64,000 nt of DNA from an uncultured Bacilli bacterium (GTDB taxonomy: Bacteria; Bacillota_I; Bacilli_A; RF39; UBA660). Of the stretch, positions 9,857 through 20,183 are shown piece after piece. Both the position numbers and the translations under genes were made by a program. The notes under the pieces were generated by a model. The model made no database searches and was not told the origin of the DNA. It saw only the letters and a list, made by a program, of their open reading frames with translations. Positions within the stretch are counted from its first letter, which is position 1. Each line of letters starts with the position of its first letter. The DNA is taken from NCBI GenBank assembly GCA_949451605.1, contig CASTSB010000005.1, positions 1,096 through 65,095 on the forward strand, in the 5' to 3' direction.

Positions 9857-10175
9857 ATTTTTTCTCCTCTTTTCATTTTATATTTATTTATCATAATAAA
9901 AGTACACGAGACTTTTCTTACCATAAAACACCTCCTAAATAAACAAAAAAGAATGATACCTAAGGAGTGCATAAAGCACGGTACCATCCTTTTATTAACT
10001 TAATTACATAACGGTATTACCCGAGGCCTAAGCCTAGTCTATAGAGTAGACAAATAAGACATTCAAGATCGTTTTCACCAACCACGAACTCTCTACGTAG
10101 AAAAATCTTATTATTAGTTCTAATAATCGACTTCTGTTTATATTCTACCCGATTTATTATAAAATATCAAGTTTT
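9857..10175 (-). promoter_or_regulatory. T-box riboswitch leader of serS with intrinsic terminator
   Basis: Minus strand reads AAGGAUGGUACCGUGC (T-box consensus AGGGUGGNACCGCG) at 9976..9991. This overlaps a 10-bp terminator helix (ggatggtacc/ggtatcattc, two G-U pairs) followed by UUCUUUUUUG. Confidence 0.75.
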
Positions 10176-10889
10176 TTATTCACAAACAGATTCTCCCTCA
10201 GGATAAGGGACCTCTTCTAACTCTTTTAAAGCACTTTTCATTTTATCTTTATCATAGATAATATCTTTAAAACCATATTTTCCATCACTTACACTAACAA
10301 CATAATTATGACTACCATCTGGATTATCTATAATTTGAATTGCACCTTGAAAATAATCAAAAGTATAAAAAGAAAATAATGTTGATACATAATCAGCAGA
10401 ACTATAAAATATAAAGTACTTTTTTCCATCATTAGTCTTTGTAAGACATCCTGCAATAGACGGATCGTCATCTAACTTTTCTACTATTTTAGTAATTTGA
10501 TTAACATACATTGTCTTTCTAAAATTATCAAAAATATTCATTACACTTTTATAATTAATTATTAATACAATTATAATAACAACAAAAAGCAAAGTTAACA
10601 CTTTATTTACTGTGGTATAATTTTTTTCCTGTTTGCTGATTCCATTATCATCAAGTTTAGTTAATCTTATATCTTTTCTTTTTGCTTCTTTTTCTTCTTC
10701 CTTTTTCTTAAGCTTCTTACCAAGAATAACAAAAGGCTTCATCGAATTATTATCTTTATTTAAAAAATTAAGTTCTCCACAATGCATACAGCATCTCCAT
10801 GATTTTTTCATAGGAGCACCACATTTAGGACACTTAATCATTTCTTCACTTTCTTCTTGTTTTATATTATTTTCCACTTCATTATGCAT
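10176..10889 (-). CDS. zinc-ribbon / single-TM / extracellular-domain protein
   Basis: CPKCGAPM...CMHCGE, K/E-rich linker, TM helix LTLLFVVIIIVLII, C-terminal domain. Confidence 0.5.
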   Translation of the reverse strand: MHNEVENNIKQEESEEMIKCPKCGAPMKKSWRCCMHCGELNFLNKDNNSMKPFVILGKKLKKKEEEKEAKRKDIRLTKLDDNGISKQEKNYTTVNKVLTLLFVVIIIVLIINYKSVMNIFDNFRKTMYVNQITKIVEKLDDDPSIAGCLTKTNDGKKYFIFYSSADYVSTLFSFYTFDYFQGAIQIIDNPDGSHNYVVSVSDGKYGFKDIIYDKDKMKSALKELEEVPYPEGESVCE

Positions 10890-10915
10890 TTAATCATCTA
10901 CTTTCTATAAATAAT

Positions 10916-11587
10916 TTAACTACTAACACTAGAAAACCCAATTGAAATATTTCCAAATTTTACAGTAAAAGGTCCATCCGCTCTTACTCCGTTTGAATTA
11001 TAAGAAACTTTAACAGTTACAGGTATAAAAGAATTTTTTAAAATAGCATTATTGTTTTGATAACTAAATATAAAGTTTGGAGAAAATTTAATATTAGTTA
11101 CTGCAATACCAGTTATTTCCACACTCATCGCTTTACATGCTTTTTGAACTAAATCATCAGTTGTACCTTCTTCTGGAATACAAACAATAGGAGAACTATA
11201 GCCATTAGCATTATGCATTTGTGCACTTCTTAAATAAGCATCATACTGTCCAACATTCAATAAATAAAAGTTATAATCAACATTTTGGCCAGGTTCTGTA
11301 AAGTAAACATTTAAATTTGAAATAGTTTTTCCATCTTCTGATATTGATGCAGAAGAAGAATTAAGTGTTAACTCATTGTCATTAGAAGTAGGTTCAATTT
11401 GACCATTAATAAGCTCTGAAGACGAAGTAGAAAAGCTTACATTAAACCCACTAGCATCGGGTGTAACTGTAGCTTCTGAATTAATATTAAGAGTAGAAGA
11501 AAATAAAGCAAAACCTATAGATAAACACATAATAGATAACAATAATAAAACAACAATTATTTTCTTATTTTTAATATTTTTTCCCAT
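10916..11587 (-). CDS. secreted protein with SipW/TasA-like N-terminal signal; paralog of 2764..3408
   Basis: N-terminus KKIIVVLLLLSIMCLSIGFALFSSTLNINSEATVTPD. Shares EEGTTDDLVQKAC and ADGPF with the other copy. Confidence 0.5.
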   Translation of the reverse strand: MGKNIKNKKIIVVLLLLSIMCLSIGFALFSSTLNINSEATVTPDASGFNVSFSTSSSELINGQIEPTSNDNELTLNSSSASISEDGKTISNLNVYFTEPGQNVDYNFYLLNVGQYDAYLRSAQMHNANGYSSPIVCIPEEGTTDDLVQKACKAMSVEITGIAVTNIKFSPNFIFSYQNNNAILKNSFIPVTVKVSYNSNGVRADGPFTVKFGNISIGFSSVSS

Positions 11588-11656
11588 ACAAAAACACCTC
11601 CATATTATAAACTAATTATAACATAAAGAAAAAAAGTACACAATGTGTACCTTTAT

Positions 11657-11926
11657 TTAATTTGCTTGAACAATAAGCTTAATTGCAGTTCTTTCTTCTC
11701 CATCTATTGAAATATCAGAAAATGCAGGAATACATACAAGATTCTTTCCAGATGGAGCTACAAATCCTCTTGCAATAGCAATAGCTTTAATTGCTTGATT
11801 TAATGCTCCAGCTCCTACTGCTTGAATTTCAGCTTCTCCTTTTTCTCTAAAGACATTAGCAAGAGCTCCCGCAACGCTATTTGGATTAGACTTACTACTT
11901 ACTTTTAATGTTTCTATATTAATCAT
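11657..11926 (-). CDS. spoVS: stage V sporulation protein S
   Basis: 89 aa. KVSSKSNPNSVAGALANVFREKGEAEIQAVGAGALNQAIKAIAIARGFVAPSGKNLVCIPAFSDISIDGEERTAIKLIV is near-identical in pattern to Bacillus SpoVS. Confidence 0.85.
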   Translation of the reverse strand: MINIETLKVSSKSNPNSVAGALANVFREKGEAEIQAVGAGALNQAIKAIAIARGFVAPSGKNLVCIPAFSDISIDGEERTAIKLIVQAN

Positions 11927-11994
11927 CCTTTCTGTATATTAAATAATATGAAAGCTAAAATAAATTAATACAAAAAAATTAGATTTCTCTAATT

Positions 11995-13236
11995 TTAATC
12001 TTTACTATACCAAGTGGTAGCAATAAATCTTTTTTCAACCTCAGCTCCATCCTTAAACACATGAAGATAAGATTTATATCCTCTATAACCTATTTGTACA
12101 GATTCTGTTGAATAAGTATAACCCTTCTTAGCATCACTATTAGACCAAAACTCTACTGTTGCTTTACCGTTATCTGCATAAGCTCTAATATAAATAGGAT
12201 AATCATAAGTATTTTTAAATTGAAAATCAACATTCCAGCCACTAGAATAACTAGCAACTGTAGCATCAAGTCCACCAGCTACATAAACACTCTTCGCTGC
12301 ATGTGGATACCTTTTAACAATTTCAAGTCCACCAAGTAAAGCTGCATTATATACGGTTGTTGCAATCTGGCATACTCCATTTCCTACAAATTCATAATAA
12401 AAAACATAACCTTTTTTATTATATGGACCCGCATATTTATAATAAGAGAATACCTCACCTGGTTCTATAATAGCCCCATTTATATAGTTTAATGCAGTAT
12501 ATAAATTTGTAGCTCTAGCATAAACATATCTATCAAAATTAGTTGTAAAAGTGGAAACCAAAGAATTAACCTTTTCATAATTAGGATTATTACTAGAGCT
12601 AATAACATTCCCTACTAATTCAACTTTAGTATCATCTTTTATACCTGTACTTACTAGTTCTTTTACTTTTTTAAGTGATTCTGTTTTATTAAGTGAAAAT
12701 CCATCTGCACCTTTAATGTAAGAAACACTGCCAGATTCAACAGAAAAATGGCCATCTACTTTATTACAATTAACTTCTTTTTCTAAATTCTCAAAAAATT
12801 TTTTTAATTTATTCTCATCATATTTAAAAACATAATCATATATTTTCTTATCTTTATTATTAATTAAAGCTACTTTTTTACCATAGGATAAACTATTCTG
12901 ATAATTAATTATCTCTTCTTTAAGCTTTTCAAAATCTATAACTAATCCAACATCATTATATTTATATTTATATTCTTTTCCATTCGCAACAAAAGAAATA
13001 TTTTTTTTGTTAAGATTTTCGTCGACAAAAAAAACAAATTCTTCCAAAGTTTTAAAAGAGTAACCGCCAATTGAATAATTTTGTAAATAAGAATTTGGTA
13101 AAACTTTACTATCAAAACTTTTAACTTTATGAAAATTATATAAAACAAGAAGTAAATAAAAAAAGATAAGTATAGTTAATATAATACATACAATCAAAGT
13201 TTTAATATTATATTTTTCCATAAACTTATCTTTCAT
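11995..13236 (-). CDS. VanW-family protein with N-terminal TM anchor
   Basis: C-terminal GVCQIATTVYNAALLGGLEIVKRYPHA...GLDATV block typical of VanW/YoaR. Confidence 0.65.
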   Translation of the reverse strand: MKDKFMEKYNIKTLIVCIILTILIFFYLLLVLYNFHKVKSFDSKVLPNSYLQNYSIGGYSFKTLEEFVFFVDENLNKKNISFVANGKEYKYKYNDVGLVIDFEKLKEEIINYQNSLSYGKKVALINNKDKKIYDYVFKYDENKLKKFFENLEKEVNCNKVDGHFSVESGSVSYIKGADGFSLNKTESLKKVKELVSTGIKDDTKVELVGNVISSSNNPNYEKVNSLVSTFTTNFDRYVYARATNLYTALNYINGAIIEPGEVFSYYKYAGPYNKKGYVFYYEFVGNGVCQIATTVYNAALLGGLEIVKRYPHAAKSVYVAGGLDATVASYSSGWNVDFQFKNTYDYPIYIRAYADNGKATVEFWSNSDAKKGYTYSTESVQIGYRGYKSYLHVFKDGAEVEKRFIATTWYSKD

Positions 13237-13247
13237 AGCACACCAGC

Positions 13248-14474
13248 CTACATATATTTCTTTAATTCTTCTGTTATTACTTCATAACCTTTATCCGAAA
13301 TGTGTAATCCTTCTTTTGTATATTCAAGTTTCAATTCTTCTTTTTCTGTATCATATAACTTAGAAAACATATCAATATAAGTTACATTTTTCTCTTTTGC
13401 AATTTTCTTTATAATTTCATTTGCTTCAATAATTTCTGAGTTTTTTCTATTACCAACCATTTCTTTATTAATTTTATCATCATCTGAACTATTAATAGGA
13501 TAAATAGATTGTATATATATTTCTGCTAAAGGTCGATTTTTTTGAATTTCTTCTATTATTTTCTTTATATTTTTCTCAATACTTTCATTACCATCTAATT
13601 TTACATAATCATTTGTTCCAATTAAAATAAATATCTTAGATGGATTATATTTATATACTCTAGACTTCATATCATCTAAAATATCTTCAGTAGTATTACC
13701 ATTGATACCACTCTGAACAACAGGCATATCTTCAAAATATTCATCTAAATCATAAAAGTCTGTTATTGAGTCACCTAAAAAAACATAATTATCATCTATT
13801 ACTTTTTTCTCTTTTATAATTTTCTTTTCCTTTACGACTATTTCAGTTTTGGTCACAAAGAAATAACATCCAAGAAAACCAGAAAGACCTGCGATTATCA
13901 TCAAGAAAAGAATCAAAATGACAGGGGTTTTTCTTCTAGAAGAATTATCTATATTTTCATCTTTTTTTCTTTTAATTTTTTTAGTTTTAACTTCAGTCTC
14001 TACTAATTTTTTCTTATTTTTAATTCTTCCTTCTAAAAAACTAGTATCTAAGCTATCAACTTCAGCAAGTCTTTCATTATCAAATTTAAAGTCATAAAGA
14101 TTTGTATCACCTGTTCTCTTTCTTTTTACAGGAATCTTTTCAGATTTTTCTATTTCTAATTTTTTTGTATTCTCTTTCTTTTCTTCTTTAAAAAGATCTT
14201 GAATAGCTTCCTTTTTTTTATCTTCATTTTTATAATCGTCATTGTCACTTTTTTTATCTTCTACAATAGCTTTTTGAACTTTCTTAGGAATAATATAATC
14301 TTCCATGTCTGTAGTATCATCAAAAATAGTATTTTTTTCTTGGGCTTCTTTAGAAATTTTATCCAAATTTCCTGTTCTTTCTATCTCTTCAACCAATAAA
14401 TCTACTGTTTGTTCAAGCTTTTCTTTTGATTTAGCAGTTGACTTAGTTTTAGTTTTAATACTTTTTTTAGCCAT
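13248..14474 (-). CDS. membrane-anchored SGNH/GDSL hydrolase
   Basis: K/E-rich N-terminus, TM helix, then YVFLGDSITDF (GDS block) and ILIGTNDY. Confidence 0.6.
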   Translation of the reverse strand: MAKKSIKTKTKSTAKSKEKLEQTVDLLVEEIERTGNLDKISKEAQEKNTIFDDTTDMEDYIIPKKVQKAIVEDKKSDNDDYKNEDKKKEAIQDLFKEEKKENTKKLEIEKSEKIPVKRKRTGDTNLYDFKFDNERLAEVDSLDTSFLEGRIKNKKKLVETEVKTKKIKRKKDENIDNSSRRKTPVILILFLMIIAGLSGFLGCYFFVTKTEIVVKEKKIIKEKKVIDDNYVFLGDSITDFYDLDEYFEDMPVVQSGINGNTTEDILDDMKSRVYKYNPSKIFILIGTNDYVKLDGNESIEKNIKKIIEEIQKNRPLAEIYIQSIYPINSSDDDKINKEMVGNRKNSEIIEANEIIKKIAKEKNVTYIDMFSKLYDTEKEELKLEYTKEGLHISDKGYEVITEELKKYM

Positions 14475-14597
14475 AGATCACTCATCCCATCCTCTTTATA
14501 AATTATAACATAAAGTAAAAAAAGAAAAATTAATTTTTTAATTTTCTTTTTCTAAATTAACATAATAATGTCTACTTTTCAACAAATTTAGAATTTA

Positions 14598-15605
14598 TTA
14601 TCTTCTTGCCTTATTATTAAAATAATTCATTTCTTCACAACTAGATATTGAGTTATTTAATTTATGAGTTGCCTTATTTCCTTCTTTATTAGTAGTTATA
14701 ACAAAATTATATCTAGTTTTATATCCACCATTTAAATAAGCAATCATTGTAAGTTTATAAACATATTGACTTTCGGTAATTTCCTCTAAAGATATTTGAT
14801 AAGTTCCATTTTCATATGTGTTTTCTTTATTTAAATATTGCATAGCATAAGATCCATCGTCATTAAAATCATATTGGAAATAAGTAGAAGTATCTCCACT
14901 TAACTCACCATTACTTAATTGTGAACCACATACCCAAGTCTTACCCTTTATATAATTAGGATTTTCTACTAAGCTGTACTTACTTTTAACTTCTTCTTCA
15001 CCTTTACCTTTATCAATACTAAACTCCTCACTATGTTTTTTATTAGTTATAAAGAATCTAACAATTAATAAAAGAACAATTACTAAAAGAACTACTCCAA
15101 CTATAATAAATACCAATTTGATAGAAATAGAATTAAGTTTAATATCTTTTCTCTTATTTGTAAAATCAACATCCTCATAATAATCATTATTTGAATTATC
15201 AGACAATTTAACTAAATCATCCATATCAAATTCACTATTAGAACTTTCATTTTTTACTGCCGGATTATTAAAAGTATTATTGTAACTACTAATACTATCT
15301 TCTTTAAAAGAGCTAAAATCATTTGTCTCATTTTTCTTATTATTTGAAGTCTCAAAGCTACTATAATCTGGTATTGATGAGGAGTTATTTTCATTTCTAT
15401 AAGAATTTAATAAAGCATCTAATTCCTCAGAATACACTTTATCATCATTTTCATCTTCTATTGATAGATCTTCATCATCTGTATTAATTTCATCATACAA
15501 ATCATTCTCTTCTGAGGAAACCAGCGCACCACAATTTAAACAAATTCTATCAGTTTCTCTTAACTGTGCACCACATCTTTTACATTTCATTTTATCAACT
15601 CCCAA
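14598..15605 (-). CDS. zinc-ribbon / TM / extracellular-domain protein
   Basis: MKCKRCGAQL...CLNCGALV, acidic linker, TM helix LVFIIVGVVLLVIVLLLIV. Confidence 0.5.
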   Translation of the reverse strand: MGVDKMKCKRCGAQLRETDRICLNCGALVSSEENDLYDEINTDDEDLSIEDENDDKVYSEELDALLNSYRNENNSSSIPDYSSFETSNNKKNETNDFSSFKEDSISSYNNTFNNPAVKNESSNSEFDMDDLVKLSDNSNNDYYEDVDFTNKRKDIKLNSISIKLVFIIVGVVLLVIVLLLIVRFFITNKKHSEEFSIDKGKGEEEVKSKYSLVENPNYIKGKTWVCGSQLSNGELSGDTSTYFQYDFNDDGSYAMQYLNKENTYENGTYQISLEEITESQYVYKLTMIAYLNGGYKTRYNFVITTNKEGNKATHKLNNSISSCEEMNYFNNKARR

Positions 15606-15606
15606 T

Positions 15607-16233
15607 TTATTTCTTTAAACATACATACATTTTTCCAGTATTTAAATTACTAACCAAAGCATAAGTATCTCCACTAAAGATATCAAATTCATAAGTATTA
15701 CTTTTAGCTTTTTCAAAGTATTCTTTACTATCTTCAATTAAAGAAGAAAATGTATTAACCTTCTTTACAGATACAACACTAGAATCATAATCATCAGGAA
15801 TAGAAGATTCAGTTTCTGTATAACTTCCACTAATCGTTGAATAACCATCTAATGACTTTTGCATAAAAGTTCCATTCTTAAAAAATTGAAACTGAAAATA
15901 ATGCTCAATATTAGCTAAAGAAGCATACTGCTTATCCGAATCAAAATCTCCACAATTCCATATACCCTGAAGACTAAGAGTCCTATCATAATTAAAAAGC
16001 AAAGTATAACTAAATAATAAAGTAAATATAAAAACTGCCAAAAACATAATTATTTTTGTTATTCTCCATTTCTTTCTATTAATAACAAGTTTTCTAATTT
16101 TTTGTTCACTAATATTGCTTCCGCAATTTGCACAATAATCATAATGTTCTTCAATTAAACTTCCGCAATTAGTACACTTCATATATCCACCTACTATATA
16201 ATATAGATTATCATTTAAACAAGAAAAAATCAA
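15607..16233 (-). CDS. zinc-ribbon / TM / extracellular-domain protein
   Basis: MKCTNCGSLI...CANCGS then TM helix IIMFLAVFIFTLLFSYTLL. Confidence 0.5.
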   Translation of the reverse strand: MIFSCLNDNLYYIVGGYMKCTNCGSLIEEHYDYCANCGSNISEQKIRKLVINRKKWRITKIIMFLAVFIFTLLFSYTLLFNYDRTLSLQGIWNCGDFDSDKQYASLANIEHYFQFQFFKNGTFMQKSLDGYSTISGSYTETESSIPDDYDSSVVSVKKVNTFSSLIEDSKEYFEKAKSNTYEFDIFSGDTYALVSNLNTGKMYVCLKK

Positions 16234-16241
16234 TTAAAGAA

Positions 16242-16721
16242 TCAAATATCTAGTGTAAAAAAAGTATGATTAAAATAATTTAAAAACCTTATTAAATCAC
16301 TATAATCAATATTTATGGTTCTATCATTTCGATTGGGATGAAAAAGAAGCTTTTTGTCAATTAAATAACTATCAATTAAAACTGTAACCACATTTTCTAA
16401 ATCATTAATTATCCCAAGAGGAGTAACACTTCCTTTTTCTAATCTAAGAACATTATAAAGCTCCTCTTCTTTAGCAAAAGATAAATTATTAGAATTAATA
16501 AACTTCTTAACTATTTTTAAATCAGCTCTTTTATCATCTTTTAAAACCAGTAGAAAATATTTATCCTTACTTTTTAAAAATAGATTTTTACATTCTATTC
16601 CCTCAATAGATATATTAATTTTATTGGCCTCTTCAATCGTAAAAACTTTTTCATGGCAAACTTCCTCATATTTAATATTTAAAGAAGAAAGTACTTTATA
16701 AATATCCATAAATATCACCAA
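16242..16721 (-). CDS. YbaK/ProX-family aminoacyl-tRNA deacylase
   Basis: GSVTPLGIINDLENVVTVLIDS and the overall YbaK pattern. Confidence 0.65.
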   Translation of the reverse strand: MVIFMDIYKVLSSLNIKYEEVCHEKVFTIEEANKINISIEGIECKNLFLKSKDKYFLLVLKDDKRADLKIVKKFINSNNLSFAKEEELYNVLRLEKGSVTPLGIINDLENVVTVLIDSYLIDKKLLFHPNRNDRTINIDYSDLIRFLNYFNHTFFTLDI

Positions 16722-16761
16722 TTTAAATTATAAACAAAAAAAGTTATTTATTAAATAACTT

Positions 16762-17910
16762 TTAATATACTCCAGAAAATATATCAATTAAAGAATTTTT
16801 AATAAGTGTAATAAAACCTAATTTATTTACATCTTCCATTACAGTTAAATCACTACTAGCAACTTTCTTTCCTTTATAATAAGCATCAATTGTCCCAACT
16901 TTTTGTCCTCTTTTTATAGGTAAATCAAATCTTTCTACTTTTATATCATAAGTATATTTCTTTTTTAAAGCTGAGCTATCATCATAAACACTTAAATTAT
17001 TTTTTAGGCTTATTTGTACTATCTCTTTTGTTGCTTTATCAATTCTTATCTTTTTTACAACAGTATTTTTCTCTTTAATAACATTAACTTTAACAGTACT
17101 AAATCCATAATCTAGTAGTGACATAGTTTCTTGATTTCTTACTTTACTATTATCTTCTCCTAAGACTATAGCGATTAAACGAAGCTCTCCTCGCTTAGCA
17201 GTTGCTGCCAAACAATATTTAGCAGCATCAGTATGACCGGTTTTTAATCCATCTGCTCCTTCATAAAATCTAATTAATTTATTTGTATTAACAAGCCAAA
17301 ATTTATTTTCCGTATCTTCTCTTAAATAATCTTCATAAAGAGAGGAAAAATCTAATATTTTAGGATGATTATTTAATAAGTGTTGTGCAATTAACGCCAT
17401 ATCATAAGCAGAAGAATAATGTCCTTCTTCATCAAGACCTGTACAATTTTTAAAAGTAGTATGTTTAAGTCCCAATTTTTTAGCTTTTTTATTCATAAGT
17501 CTCACAAACTTCTCTTCAGTTCCTGCTATAACCTCAGCCATGGCTACAGTTGCATCATTAGCACTCGCAACACTAATACCTTTCATTAAGTCTTCTATTG
17601 TAATTTTCTCACCTTCACTAAGGTATATCTGCGAACCACCCATATCAGCTGCATTACGACTTACAACAATCTCATCTTCCCACTTTATACTTCCATCTTC
17701 TATCTTTTCTAAAATAAGAATTTGTGCCATCATTTTAGTCATAGAAGCAATAGGAACCTCTTTATCCTTTTCCTTTTCAAAAATAATTTTACCAGTACTT
17801 GCCTCAATTAATATTCCACTAGTTGCATTTGGAATAAGACTTTCCTCTGCTCTAACACTAAAAGGAATAAAAGCAAATACTCCAATCAATAAAATAAGTA
17901 TTCTTTTCAT
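16762..17910 (-). CDS. serine-type D-alanyl-D-alanine carboxypeptidase (PBP5/DacB-like)
   Basis: Signal peptide, SMTKMM (SxxK), SANDA (SxN), KTG (LKTGHTD). Confidence 0.85.
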   Translation of the reverse strand: MKRILILLIGVFAFIPFSVRAEESLIPNATSGILIEASTGKIIFEKEKDKEVPIASMTKMMAQILILEKIEDGSIKWEDEIVVSRNAADMGGSQIYLSEGEKITIEDLMKGISVASANDATVAMAEVIAGTEEKFVRLMNKKAKKLGLKHTTFKNCTGLDEEGHYSSAYDMALIAQHLLNNHPKILDFSSLYEDYLREDTENKFWLVNTNKLIRFYEGADGLKTGHTDAAKYCLAATAKRGELRLIAIVLGEDNSKVRNQETMSLLDYGFSTVKVNVIKEKNTVVKKIRIDKATKEIVQISLKNNLSVYDDSSALKKKYTYDIKVERFDLPIKRGQKVGTIDAYYKGKKVASSDLTVMEDVNKLGFITLIKNSLIDIFSGVY

Positions 17911-17988
17911 AATACCTCCTAATTTTTTTTATGATAATAAATGTCAATTTATACATATTTTAGTTATTTTTTGCTATTATATAATTAG

Positions 17989-18885
17989 GTGAAGAATATG
18001 ACAAAGGTAGTAAAGAAAAAATTAAAATTAAAAAAGAAAAACTTCACAATATTATTAATACTTATATTCACATGTTTATTCATAGTAACTAACGGCATTA
18101 ATGTTATAAATAAAATTATTACTAATAAAAATACATCATCTACAAAACAAACAGAAAAGAAAAAAGAAATAAATGAAAAAATATCTCATTATAATAAAAA
18201 CTTTAAAGATCGTTACATCGCATATAAAAAGAAAAATAAAAATTTATCCGATGAAGAAATAATCACAAGAGTAAATATTGGTTTAGATAATGAATATTAT
18301 ACAAATACAAAACCAAGTACTAACCTTAATAAAAACACTATACTAGTAAATAAATATAATTATTTAGAAGAAAATTATATACCAAATGATTTAGAAGATA
18401 TTAGTCTACAATATGCAAGAAGTGGTATGAAGCTTGTACGTGAAGCCAAAGAGGCATACGAAGCTATGGCAAAAAACGCATCAACTTCAAATTTAAAACT
18501 AGTCGCTACTTCTTCATATAGAAGTTATGAATACCAAGAAAAACTTTATAATAACTACATTAAATCAGATGGTATAGAAGCAGCTGATACTTATTCAGGT
18601 AGACCAGGATTTTCAGAACATCAAACAGGACTAGCAGTCGATATCTATAACGGAAAAGAAACATATACAAATTTTGAAAAAACAAAAGAATTTGAATGGA
18701 TGCAAAAAAATGCTTATAAATATGGATTTATCTTAAGGTTTCCAAAAGATAAAGAAAATATAACAGGATATATTTATGAATCTTGGCATTATAGGTATGT
18801 AGGTACAAAAATCGCAACTTACATTCACGAAAATAACATTTCTTATGAAGAATACTATGTAAAATTTATAGAACCAAAAAAATAG
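17989..18885 (+). CDS. M15B (VanY-like) D-Ala-D-Ala carboxypeptidase
   Basis: SSYRSYEYQEKLY...SGRPGFSEHQTGLAVDI...ESWHYRY zinc-peptidase motifs. N-terminal TM helix. Confidence 0.75.
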   Translation: MKNMTKVVKKKLKLKKKNFTILLILIFTCLFIVTNGINVINKIITNKNTSSTKQTEKKKEINEKISHYNKNFKDRYIAYKKKNKNLSDEEIITRVNIGLDNEYYTNTKPSTNLNKNTILVNKYNYLEENYIPNDLEDISLQYARSGMKLVREAKEAYEAMAKNASTSNLKLVATSSYRSYEYQEKLYNNYIKSDGIEAADTYSGRPGFSEHQTGLAVDIYNGKETYTNFEKTKEFEWMQKNAYKYGFILRFPKDKENITGYIYESWHYRYVGTKIATYIHENNISYEEYYVKFIEPKK

Positions 18886-18901
18886 ACTAAAAAGTCTATT
18901 T

Positions 18902-19486
18902 TTATATAATTTCTTCATCAAATTTTTTTTGATAAAATAGATAAAGTCTATAAAAAAATGTAAATATAAACCATACAAGTAATAAGAAATTACTTCCTTG
19001 TATCAAAACTAAAACAGTTTCATTTGAATATAAATTAGTAAGACTACCAAAATCTACTCCATTATAACTAGTTAAAGAAATAACAGACATAAAGAAAAAG
19101 TATAATATTGAAAAAAATAAATAGTTAAAAAGCTTTTTAAATTTACTCATATCTTTAGAAAACAAAGTATATATCATAACTACTGTAATTAGTACTATAC
19201 TCATATAAAAAGCCTCAATTGTAGGAAAACATATATAACTAATTATTAATTTAAAGAAAGATTTAACACACAATATAACATATTCATTATAAGCAAGTAA
19301 TGTACCAATAAGTAATCCCAAGTAAATAACTATGGGAAAATATATAAACAATTTTTCTTTTCTTTTCAAATTAACTATTAATAGTACAAATAATAATAAA
19401 CTAAATATAAATAGTTCAATTGATAAAAATGAAGAAAATATATAATCAAATATTTTTATAATTTTCTCAAATATTGTTAAGTTCAT
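18902..19486 (-). CDS. polytopic membrane protein
   Basis: 194 aa, about five hydrophobic helices. Confidence 0.35.
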   Translation of the reverse strand: MNLTIFEKIIKIFDYIFSSFLSIELFIFSLLLFVLLIVNLKRKEKLFIYFPIVIYLGLLIGTLLAYNEYVILCVKSFFKLIISYICFPTIEAFYMSIVLITVVMIYTLFSKDMSKFKKLFNYLFFSILYFFFMSVISLTSYNGVDFGSLTNLYSNETVLVLIQGSNFLLLVWFIFTFFYRLYLFYQKKFDEEII

Positions 19487-19499
19487 TATTATCCCCTCT

Positions 19500-20183
19500 T
19501 TATACTTGCTCAGCTATATAAATAGTTTGAGACTGATCATTATTTTTTGTACAAGTAATTAATGTCAAAGTAGTTTTGTTATAATTTCTATTTATTGTAA
19601 CTTGACCTACTTTTGGAACATCATAAATATTAACTATTCTATAAGTATATTTTTTCTTTTTATAAGTGACATAAACAGGATCTCCTGGCTTTAACATATA
19701 TAAGTATGCAAAGTAAGATATATATGCATCGCCAGAATGAGCCATTAATATTAAGTTTCCATTTACTTTATCTGGTAAGGTAGAACCTCTAACCATTGTT
19801 ACATTATATTGGATATCATTATATTTAGAATTTAGATCAAAAAAGCCTCTTTTTAAACTAATTCTAGGTATTTCTAAAACTCCTAAGTAATTATCATAAT
19901 TAATTGTATTTGTCTCAGGCTTTGAGTTATTTTCTTCTCTTTCATCAAGAGGTAAATTGTTAGTTACTGGTACTTTAGTAACATCCTTCTTACCATCACT
20001 CTTTTGTATTACAATATCTACTTTCATCTCAGAATAAACTTCATCACGTAAAACTAAAAAGTTATTCCAAAATATTACTAATATTCCTACAAATACAAGT
20101 AAAGAGCCAATTAGTAAAATCTGGCTCTTTTTAATTTCTTTTTTTTTACTATTGATTTGCTTTACTAGGTTTAACATTTGCAT
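19500..20183 (-). CDS. sortase (probably class B-like)
   Basis: N-terminal TM helix, NLILMAHSGD (His), TLITCT (catalytic Cys TLxTC), conserved Arg region. Confidence 0.75.
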   Translation of the reverse strand: MQMLNLVKQINSKKKEIKKSQILLIGSLLVFVGILVIFWNNFLVLRDEVYSEMKVDIVIQKSDGKKDVTKVPVTNNLPLDEREENNSKPETNTINYDNYLGVLEIPRISLKRGFFDLNSKYNDIQYNVTMVRGSTLPDKVNGNLILMAHSGDAYISYFAYLYMLKPGDPVYVTYKKKKYTYRIVNIYDVPKVGQVTINRNYNKTTLTLITCTKNNDQSQTIYIAEQV

